Positions 13,156 through 22,700 of a stretch of DNA of 64,000 bases are shown one piece after another. This stretch comes from Eledone cirrhosa. Taxonomy: Eukaryota. Below the pieces are notes generated by a model. It was not told where the DNA came from, made no database searches, and saw nothing but the letters and a program-made list of their open reading frames with translations. Position 1 is the first letter of the stretch, and each line of letters opens with the position of its first letter. The stretch covers positions 117,242,001 to 117,306,000 of the forward strand of contig OZ024743.1 of NCBI GenBank assembly GCA_964016885.1. The letters are read 5' to 3'. A program made the position numbers and the translations under genes.

Positions 13156-13360
13156 CATGCATATTGTTATAATGCAATTCTGTATTTCACGTTTCCGCTT
13201 GTTCAAATGATTTATGAAAGGGTCGTCTGACAAAATATAAGCTTATTTGCTCGAAAATACATGGATATATAATTGATTCGCTTAGTGTCTATTGGTATTT
13301 GTTGTGTGTAGAAAACGTCCTTTCGAAAATGAATTACATTTCGCTTATTCATTATTATAT

Positions 13361-13553
13361 GGCGGTGGATTGGCAGCATCCGTAGAGTGTTGGACACCAT
13401 GCTTTGAAGCATAGAGTTACGTCCCTTTATGATCTGAGTTCAAATCCGCCGAGGTTAACTTTGCATTTCATTCTTACGGGGTCGATAAAATAAAGCACCA
13501 GTAATACACTGACATAATTGCTGGCCTTGTGCCAAAAGCAAAAGCAATTATTA
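13361..13553 (+). mobile_element. tRNA-like SINE, near full length
   Basis: A-box-like TGGCAGCATCCG, B-box GAGTTCAAATCC, conserved body ...CTTACGGGGTCGATAAAATAAAG(C/T)ACCAG, 3' TGGCCTTGTGCCA hairpin and ATT tail. There are many copies in the window. Confidence 0.85.
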
Positions 13554-13727
13554 TATGCTTTGACATTTTCAACTAGAACACCGTTGAAAAGAAAGCTTCT
13601 AAACTGTCACTTCTGCTAAAAGTATGACACTAATTGCATTCAAAACGCGCCTCTCCTCAACGTGGAAGTAGGCACTATTAATGCCGCCTCCGTACTTTTC
13701 AACGGCTCACCCTTAAATTAAAATAAA

Positions 13728-13782
<55 letters not shown>

Positions 13783-14024
13783 TTTTCTTTATTAACCACA
13801 AGGGTTCACATAAAGTAGACATTAAGGACAGTACAGGACAATACAGGACGGTACAAATGGGCATTTCTGCGTGTAAAAGAACAGAGGTTGAAATAAAATA
13901 ACAAAGAAAAATTCCCCAATAGGGGGGAGACTTCCAAGGGACATTTGTTGAGAAAGCCCATTAAAAGACCACAGTGGCCCTGACCACCAGGGCAAGTGCC
14001 CTCTCCCAGTTTTCCACCTTTAAT

Positions 14025-17000
14025 TTACAGACACATACTCAGAGAAGGCCCATTCATTCGGGCCATACTTGCTTCTCTCACCCATCTTTCAACAAAATGC
14101 TGGGAAGAGAGCACTTCCCTCTCTACCCTGATTTTCCTTTTCAAATGAAATTTGAAAAAGTTAATCAGGGCATCACCGAAGAGGTAAGTGCTTGTCTTCA
14201 GCCCTTTCAAACGTGTCCACCATACTATCTCTTTCGCCATGGCCACCAGACAGATAAAAACTGCCTGCCCTTCCAGGCTAAAGGAAGGGGGTGGGGCAAT
14301 CCTCACGATGGACTCAGCTGATAGCTGGATCCATCCTACACGTGACAGCAGGTGTTCGACATAAACCCACAAGTCGGCAATGCTCGGACACTGGACGAGT
14401 GCGTGCAGGACGGTTTCGTCGCCCTGCGCGCATCTCGGACATGCCCGGCTGGCGGCACCTCCATGCCTGTAGAGTTTATCCCGAACTGGCAAAGCTCCTC
14501 GGTAGCACTGCCAGGCCAGGGATTTCTGGAAGTTGTCCATAGGCCCCGGCCCGAAAGTCCTTCCGAAGAGATTGGCTAGTTGATTTTCGTCGACGTCTAG
14601 AGTTTCGCCAAGTACGTCGTCGCTCTTCCCCTCCACTAATCCCCTATAGAACGCCAAGGTGGAGTTTCCACCGATCACATTGCCCGATTGGTCGAGGGCT
14701 GTGAGCGCCTGAAGACATTCCAGTCTCCAAGCGCTCCCTCTCGGTCTTCGCTTGACCCAGGACTGCAGCTCCGTCAAGGAGACGAGCTGGGGAAAAACGT
14801 GTCTTGCAAACGGCGACCACACCTGATCACCGTCGAGGAAGAGGTGGAGATGTCGTAGCCTGAGCGCGTGTCTGCGCATCATCAGCCACGGCATGCCCAG
14901 CCCTCCACGTAGCGGGTGTTGACAGCAGATGGACCGCCTGACCATCGGAGCGCGTCCCTTCCACAAGAAGCGAAAGAGCAAACGCTCCAGCACAGTCAGG
15001 CGGGGCTTAGGACAAGGTACGACGGTCAGGCGGTAGTAGATGACGGATGCGATGTACGCATTCGCCACCTCCGCTCGACCTTTTAGGGATAGCTTCCTCT
15101 CGGCCCATTTCTGGGTGAGAGAAGCCACCCTGCTCGTCACCTCGTCCCAGTTTTTGTCCGTCTGGAGGTCTGGACCGAACCAGACCCCTAGCAATTTAAC
15201 CGGTCCGTCCGTCCAGCGCCCGACGACGCTGTTGGACGGCATGGACCTGCCTCTCCAGGTGCCGAGCTGCAGGCCCACTGACTTTTCCTGGTTGATCATT
15301 GCTCCTGTCACCGCTTCGTATTCTCTTAGTGTAGTGCCGATCGCCTCGATGTGTTTGGCGTTCGACACCACTACGGTGACATCGTCGGCATATGCTGACA
15401 CGGATCTTCCGCACCCTAGTTCGCGCGGGACCCCCCTCAACGTCTCCAGTTTGTGCAGTAATGGCTCGAGAGTCAATACGTACAATAGGGACGAGAGGGG
15501 ACATCCTTGGCGGACCGAGCGCATGATGTTGAACGGTTCCGAAAGGTGACCGTTCACTCTCACTACAGAGCAGATGTCGCTGTGCATGGCAGCGATCCAG
15601 CCTCTGAAGACGGGCCCAAAGCCAGCCGCCCTCAGGACTGCCGCTAGGTAACGATGGTCGACCCTATTGAAGGCTTTCGACTGATCTAAATTGATCAAAG
15701 ACCCACCCGTGCCAGGTTCCCTAGCTACCCTCTCTACGATGTATCGCATGAGGTGGAAGTTGTCGTGGATGGATCTGTCGGGAATGGCGCATGTCTGTGC
15801 CTCTCCCACCAGACCACCAACGACAAGCGCCAACCTCTTTGCTAGCACCTTGGCCAAAATCTTGAACTCTGTGTTTAGCAGAGTTATGGGCCTAAAATTA
15901 TCTATGTTATCCCCCTTGTTCGGATCCTTTCTCAGCAGCGCCACCGCTCCTCGGCTCACAGAGCTGGGAATTCTCCCGTTCTGTTGCCTGTTGCAGTAGA
16001 CGTCCGCCAAGAGGCCTCCGAACAAGTTTGGCATTTGTACGTAAAGTTCATAGGGCAGACCATCCAAACCAGGCGATTTGCCCCTTGTGCAACTAGTCAT
16101 TGCATCCCGTACTTCAGCGGTTGTTATCGGCTTTTCGCAACACTCCGCCTCAGTGGCCGAAAGCCGCGGCAGTCCGTCGAGGTAGACACTAAAGTCCATC
16201 CCTCGATCCGGCCCGCCACTGCCCCCGAACAGTTGAGCGAAGTGTCGCTGAAAAGCTTCACACATTTGCCCGGGATCGAGTAGCATGCGCCCGTCGTGGT
16301 CCACCAAAGACCGGATCGTGGCTTTGTTGCCACGACGCGCCTCCGCCACTCGGGCCCATTCAACGGCTTTCGTCCCCTCGTGTCTGAGAGCACGCACCCT
16401 AGCTCTGACAACGCAGCCTTCGTGCTTTGCATTGAAGAATTGGTCAAGGGCCAATTTCGCCGCAAGTACGTCGGTCGCGATGCCTTTGCTAAGCGCCTCA
16501 TCTAATTTTCTAACTAATTCTCCCTCTGCTCTATTTTTCTCTATTGCTAAAGTCTTACTAAACCTAATGGACTCTATTCTAATTGCTCTTTTCAGAGCAA
16601 ACCACCACTTGTTGTTGACGATGGCCCCCGTCAACGCCCGCTTAACTAGTTCGCTAATCCGGTCTCTGTAGGCCTTGCGCGCTGGTAAGGACGCGTTTAG
16701 CTTCCAGTAGCCGGGTCCTCGTCTATGGAGCCTATCTAAGTCAAGCACACAGATCACGAATTTGTGGTCCGTGTAGCTGACTATCTTGAATTGTGGACAG
16801 CCTATGCTAGACCTATCTATTTCCCTACAAAATACTCTATCTAGATATGATCTGGATGACCCTATGCGATTTGTCCAAGTCCACATTGGTACATTCGGGA
16901 AATCCATTCGGTACCTGTCAGACAGTTCAAAACGTCTGAGCAGGTTGGTGAGACTCTTGCACCCTCCTTCCCTATCCACTAATCCCACACAATCCCAGCG

Positions 17001-17444
17001 TGCATCTAAGATCCCGTTCCAGTCGCCCACTAACACTAAAGAGCGGGACGTTCCAGGAAAGGTCTCCAGACGCCGGAAGAAATCAGGCCGCCCTGCTCCT
17101 GTCGGGGCATAGACGGCCACTAACCTGAAAGCTTGCCCGTCTCCGCTGGTCACGTCCAGCACCACCAACTTACCTTCTGGGTCCAGGAAGATGGCCCGTA
17201 TGGCAAGATCCAAACCTCTCCGAAAAAGCACAGCAACTCCTCCCCCCGATCCCGGACGGCTGGGAGATGCGTACACATCGTAGCCGCCGAAGATCGGTGC
17301 GAAAGCCTGTGCTTCGGAGATTCTGGTCTCGCTAATGGCCACTACATCTATGTTTAGTGACCTGAGGTCGTTGAGCAGGTGGCCCTGCTTCCATGACGAC
17401 CCCAAGCCACGCGCATTTATGCTGCCTATTCTGAGTGAGGTCAT
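14025..17444 (-). CDS. LINE ORF2: APE endonuclease, reverse transcriptase and C-terminal CCHC zinc motif (1139 aa, uninterrupted)
   Basis: APE motifs SINARGL, SETR, GDWN, YLDRVF, TDHK. RT motifs KSPGLDG, NFRPITLLN, DQSKAF, QGCPLS, YADD. Also GGLGMP and CPRC..ETVLHALVQC. Confidence 0.96.
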   Translation of the reverse strand: MTSLRIGSINARGLGSSWKQGHLLNDLRSLNIDVVAISETRISEAQAFAPIFGGYDVYASPSRPGSGGGVAVLFRRGLDLAIRAIFLDPEGKLVVLDVTSGDGQAFRLVAVYAPTGAGRPDFFRRLETFPGTSRSLVLVGDWNGILDARWDCVGLVDREGGCKSLTNLLRRFELSDRYRMDFPNVPMWTWTNRIGSSRSYLDRVFCREIDRSSIGCPQFKIVSYTDHKFVICVLDLDRLHRRGPGYWKLNASLPARKAYRDRISELVKRALTGAIVNNKWWFALKRAIRIESIRFSKTLAIEKNRAEGELVRKLDEALSKGIATDVLAAKLALDQFFNAKHEGCVVRARVRALRHEGTKAVEWARVAEARRGNKATIRSLVDHDGRMLLDPGQMCEAFQRHFAQLFGGSGGPDRGMDFSVYLDGLPRLSATEAECCEKPITTAEVRDAMTSCTRGKSPGLDGLPYELYVQMPNLFGGLLADVYCNRQQNGRIPSSVSRGAVALLRKDPNKGDNIDNFRPITLLNTEFKILAKVLAKRLALVVGGLVGEAQTCAIPDRSIHDNFHLMRYIVERVAREPGTGGSLINLDQSKAFNRVDHRYLAAVLRAAGFGPVFRGWIAAMHSDICSVVRVNGHLSEPFNIMRSVRQGCPLSSLLYVLTLEPLLHKLETLRGVPRELGCGRSVSAYADDVTVVVSNAKHIEAIGTTLREYEAVTGAMINQEKSVGLQLGTWRGRSMPSNSVVGRWTDGPVKLLGVWFGPDLQTDKNWDEVTSRVASLTQKWAERKLSLKGRAEVANAYIASVIYYRLTVVPCPKPRLTVLERLLFRFLWKGRAPMVRRSICCQHPLRGGLGMPWLMMRRHALRLRHLHLFLDGDQVWSPFARHVFPQLVSLTELQSWVKRRPRGSAWRLECLQALTALDQSGNVIGGNSTLAFYRGLVEGKSDDVLGETLDVDENQLANLFGRTFGPGPMDNFQKSLAWQCYRGALPVRDKLYRHGGAASRACPRCAQGDETVLHALVQCPSIADLWVYVEHLLSRVGWIQLSAESIVRIAPPPSFSLEGQAVFICLVAMAKEIVWWTRLKGLKTSTYLFGDALINFFKFHLKRKIRVEREVLSSQHFVERWVREASMARMNGPSLSMCL

Positions 17445-17478
17445 GTTGAAAAGGAGTGGAAAAGATGGGAAAGACCAC

Positions 17479-19464
17479 TTACCTTACTTCTCGTAGGGGA
17501 AGGACGGCTTTTCCATCCTTTTCACTGCTTGTGGCCTCCTCAGGAAGGATGTCCTTATAAATCCTCCTGGAGAGTGCTTGTCGGAAGTCTCCGATGTCTT
17601 TGGGGAATTTTTGTTTTAGTGTCATGTACGTTTTCTGTGTGATGCGAGTGATTTGTATGTGTGGAGGTGGTGTGAATTTTGGGGTTGTTGTGTAGTCTTT
17701 TTCTGTGATGCTGGTGTTGTGTTGGATGTAGTGTAATAATTGCTTGTTGTTCAAATTTAATGCTGTGTAGTGTGTATCGTTTTGGTTGTTTTGTTTTGTT
17801 TGCGTTTGTTGTGGGTTTGTTTCTGTTTCGCTTTTTGGTGACTTTTGTGGTGTAGGTGATGGTGGTGCTGGGGATGATGATGGTGATGGTGTTGGTGTTT
17901 GGGTTGATGGGGTTGGTGATGCTGGTGTGGATGGTGGCATATCTGTCCTAACTTTTTTGTTTCTTAGTTTATTTGTTTCCCTCTGTATTTTGTTTTTGGA
18001 GGGGGAAGGAAGAGAATTTTTTCTTTTTTGGTTTCTTTTTTTTTTCCGGATATCGTTTCCCACTCCTCGTCGTCACAATCTGTCTCCAGTTGTGATAGGC
18101 CGGGGAGTGGAAAATCCTCCACAGCCGTTAGTTTTGGTTGTGGTGTGGTGGATGGTGTAGGCGCTGGTGCTAGTTCTGAAGCGTTGGGTGGTGGTGGTGT
18201 TGGTTTTGCTGGTGGTGGTAGTGGTGTTGGTTTTGCTACTGTTGCTGGGGTTGTTGCTGTTATAGTTGCTTCTGTTGTTGCTGCTACAGTTTTTGCTGCC
18301 ATCTCTGCTACTGGTGGTGTTGATGGTTTTGTCACTGGGGTGGGTAGGAGAGGTGGCCTCAACCTTTTAGCCTGAGGGCAGAAAGCCCTTAGGTGGGTTC
18401 CTTCACCACAAACGACACACCTAGGTCTTCTGCCCTCGACAATTACCGTGAGGTGGCTGCCGTCAGTGAGGTCTATTACCTCTGGGATCTCCTCAATGCT
18501 TTTTTGGTCCGCTTGGATCAGGAGCTCCATCCCAGATCCGGACCAGTTTTCCTGCTTTTCTTTTGCTACTGCTATTATTTTCGTGTTGGCTTCGATGCCG
18601 GTGAGGACAGCCGCTATTAGCCAGGGAATTTCGATGGCCGGTGGAACGTGGGTCACCCTGATCTTTACGAGTCTCTGGCCACAATAGCTTGGGACGAGTG
18701 TGAGGTCGTCACTTTTTAATGGGGCCATGGAGTGTTCTCTAGCCTCCTCTGGTGTTTCAAAGAACACATCCACGGTTCCATACTTTTGCCCACGTCTGAT
18801 GTGGGTTTTTCTTGCCCACACATGTCCCAAAGCTTTTTGGATTTGGGACTCGGATGCCCGTTCCACTCGGCGCAATTTTACATTTATTGTTCTATACGAC
18901 ACGGTGCACAGGCGCCGATGCTCCATTTTATTAGGTGGGGGGGGTGAGGCTGACCCTGTACCCATCTTTCTTTACCATTTGTTTGGCATTTTCTAAATTT
19001 TCTTGGGTTACCGTGAACGCTTCGAATTGTTTTGCTACGATGGCGAAACTGAGGGTCGGTTTTATAATGTCATTGTTGTTGTTGCTATCGTTAATATTAA
19101 TTTTATTTTCAGTTGTGGTGGTTGTGACGTCAGTCGTCTTTGGTGGGGAAGAGTCCATTTTGCTTGATTTCATTTCGACGTCACGAGTTAATTTATTTTT
19201 TTCTTCTTTTGTTTCTGTTGTCGCGGTGGTGGTGGTGGTGGTGGTGGTTGTCGCGGTGGTGGTGGTGGTGGAGGGTTTAACACCTGCAGTCATTGGTAAT
19301 GGCGGGAAATGAATGTCTGCCTGAGACAAATTTAAAATATTGCTACTGCTTATATTTTTTTTTGTGTTGGCAAACGTAGTAACATTTACAATGGTGGTGT
19401 CGGTGTGAGGTGTTATTTTGTGAGGAAGGCTTTCAGCTGCTTCGTGCAGAGGGGAATTAGCCAT
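17479..19464 (-). pseudogene. LINE ORF1 (gag-like, single CCHC knuckle) split by two homopolymer frameshifts
   Basis: Three overlapping ORFs (18931-19464, 17964-18965, 17479-18063) with a CVVCGEGTHLRAFC (CX2CX4HX4C) knuckle. The junctions fall in C and A runs and are read through in copy 3 and copy 2 respectively. Confidence 0.85.
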
Positions 19465-19700
19465 TTTTTTTCAAAGAAATTTTTGGATTATAATAAAAGT
19501 TAAAATTTTGGGCACAAGGCCCCAATCTTTTTGGGTGTCCTTTTCGGAAAACAATGTATGTGTGCTTATAAACAGTTTACAATAAAATTTTCCATAAATG
19601 GCAATTTTTAAACAAACGGAAATAACAAACCTTTGCGGAGCTGACGATAATACGATTTCCTACGTAGGTCGCCAATAATAATAATAATAATAATAATAAT

Positions 19701-22700
19701 GATTTCTTTATTAACCACAAGGGTTTACATAAAGTAGACATTAAGGACAGTGCAGGACAATACAGGACGGTACAAATGGGCATTTCTGCGTGTAAAAAAC
19801 AAAAACAGAGGTTGTAACAAAAAATAACAATGAAAAATTCCCCAATAGGGGGGAGGCTTCGTAGGGACATTTGTGGAGGAAGCCCAGTAAAAGGCCACAA
19901 TGACCATGACCACCAAGGCAAGTGCCCTCTCCCAGTTTTCCACCTTTAATTTACATATATATACTCAGAGTAGGCCCATTCACTCGGGCCATTATTGCTT
20001 CTCTCACCCATCTTTCAACAAAATGCTGGGAAGAGAGCACTTCCCTCTCTACTCTGATTTTCCTTTTCAAATGAAATTTGAAAAAGTTAATCACGGCATC
20101 ACCGAAGAGGTAAGTGCTCGTCTTGAACCCTTTCAAACGTGTCCACCATGTTATCACTTTTGCCATGGCCACCAGACAGATACAAATTGCATGCCCTTCC
20201 CGGCTAAAGGAAGAGGGCGGGGCAATCCTCACCGGACTCAGCTGATAGCTGGATCCGACCTACACGCCTCAGCAGGTGTTCGACATACACCCACAAGTCA
20301 GCAATGTTCGGACACTGGACGAGTGCGTGCAGGACGGTTTCGTCGCCCTGCGTGCATCTCGGACATGCCCGGCTGACGGCACCTCCATACCTTAGAATTT
20401 ATCCCGAACTGGCAAAGCTCCTCGGTAGCACTGCCAGGCCAGGGATTTCTGGAAGTTGTCCATAGGCCCCGGCCCGAAAGTTCTTCTGAAGAGCTTGGCT
20501 AGTTGATTTTCGTCGACGCCTAGAGGTTCCCCAAGTACACGTCGCTCTTCCCCTCCACTAATCCTCTATAGAACACCAAGGTAGAGTCCACCGATCACAT
20601 TGCCCGATAGGTTGTGGGTTGTGAGCGCCTGAAGACATTCCAGTCACCGAGCGCTCCTTCTCAGTTTTCGCTTGACCCAGGACTGCAGCTCCGTCAAGGA
20701 GATGAGCTGGGGTACAACGCGTCTTGCAAACTGCGACCACACATGATCACTGTCGAGGAACAGGTGGAGATGTATGTCGTAGCCTGAGCGCGGTCTGCGC
20801 ATCATCAGCCACGGCATGCCCAGCCCTCCACGTAGCGGGTGTTGACAGCAGATGGACCGCCTGATCATCGGAGCGCGTCCCTTCCACAAGAAGCGAAAGA
20901 GCAAACGCTCCAGCGCGGTCAGGCGAGGCTTAGGACAAGGTACGACAGTCAGGCGGTAGTAGATGAGGGACGCGATGTACGCGTTAGCCACCTCCGCTCG
21001 AACTTTCAGGGATAGCTTCCTCTCCGTCCATGTCTGGGTGAGAGAAGCTACCCTGCTCGTCACCTCGTCCCAGTTTTTGTCCGTCTGGAGGTCCGGATCG
21101 AACCAGAACCCTAGCAATTATACGGTACGTCCGTCCAGCGCCCGACGATGCTGTTGGAAGGCATGAACCAGCTTCTCCAGGTGCCGAGCTGCAGGCCCAC
21201 TGACTTTTCTTGGTTGATCATTGCTCCTGTCACCGCTTCGTATTCTCAGTGTAGTGCCGATCGCCTTGATGTGTTTGGCGTTCGACACCACTACGGTGAC
21301 ATCGTCAGCATATGCTGACACGGAACTTCCGCATCCTAGTTCGCGTGGGAACCCCCTCAACGTCTCCAGTTTGTGCAGTAATGCCTCGAGAGTCAATACG
21401 TACAAGAGGGACGAGAGGGGACATCCTTGGCGGACCGAGCGCATGATGTTGAACGGTTTCGAAAGGTGAACGTTCACTCTCACCACAGAGCAGTTGTCGC
21501 TGTGCATGGCTGCAATCCATCCTCTGAAGACGGGCCCAAAGCCAGCTGCCCTCAGGACTGCCGCTAGGTAACGATGGTCGCCCCTATCGAAAGATTTCGA
21601 CTGATCTAAATTGGTCAAGGACCCACCCGTGCCAGGTTCCCTAGCTACCCTCTCTACGATGTATCGCATGAGGTGGAGGTTGTCGTGGATGGATCTGTCG
21701 AGAATGGCGCATGTATGCGCCTCTCCCACCAGACCACCAACGACAGGCGCCAACATTTTTGCTAGCACCTTGGCCAAAATCTTGAACTCTGTGTTTAGCA
21801 GAGTTATGGGCCTGATATTATATATGTTATCCCCCTTGTTCGGCACCTTTCTCAGCAGCCCCATCGCTCCTCGGCTTACAGAGCTGGGAATTCTCCCGTT
21901 CTGTTGCCAGTTGCAGCAGACGTCCGCCAAGAGGCCTCCGAACGAGTCTGGCATCTGTACGTAAAGTTCATAGGGCAGACCATCGAAACCATGCGATTTA
22001 CCCCTTATGCAGCCAGTCATTGCCACCCGCGCTTCAGCGTGTTTTCGGCTTTTCGCAACACTCCGCCTCAGTGGCCAAGAGTCGCGGCAGTCCCTCGAGG
22101 TAGACACCAACGTCCATCCCTCGATCCGGTCCGCCACTGCCCCCGAACACCTGAGCGAAGTGTCGCTGAAAAGCTTCACACATTTGCCCGGGATCGAGTA
22201 GCATGCGCCCGTCGTGGTCCACCAAAGAGCGGATCGTGGTTTTGTTGCCATGACGTGCCTCCGCCACTCGGGCCCATTCAACGGCTTTCGTCCCCTCGTG
22301 TCTGAGAGCACGCACTCTAGCTCTGACAACGCAGCCTTCGTGCTTTGCATTGAAGAATTGGTCAAGGGCCAATTTCGCCGCAAGTACGTCGGTCGCGATG
22401 CCTTTGCTAAGCGCCTCGTCTAATTTTCTAACTAGTTCTCCCTCTGCTCTATTTTTCTCTATGGCTTTACTAAACCTAATGTACTCTAATCTAATCGCTC
22501 TTTTCAGAGCAAACCACCAATTGTTGTTAACGATGGCCCCCGTCAATGCCCGCTTAACCAGTTCGTTCATCCGGTCTCTGTAGGCCTTGCGCGCTGGTAA
22601 GGACGCGTTTAGCTTCCAGTAGCCGAGTCCTTGTCTATGAAACCTATCTAAGTCAACCTCAAGATCATGAATTTGTGGTCCATGGAGCTGACTATCTTGA

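Larger units (their letters stand above)
13782..19673 (-). mobile_element. Full-length Tx1/L1-type LINE, copy 1 (least decayed)
   Basis: 5'UTR, ORF1, 34-nt spacer, ORF2, 3'UTR with AATAAA, then an (ATT)n tail at 13728-13781. Confidence 0.93.

Noticed and set aside
15040-17112. Plus-strand ORFs overlapping LINE ORF2
   Set aside because: They are antisense shadow frames of GC-rich coding sequence.
17479-19464. Novel LINE with three separate upstream ORFs
   Set aside because: Each junction is read through in a sister copy, so a single ORF1 with homopolymer indels explains it better.
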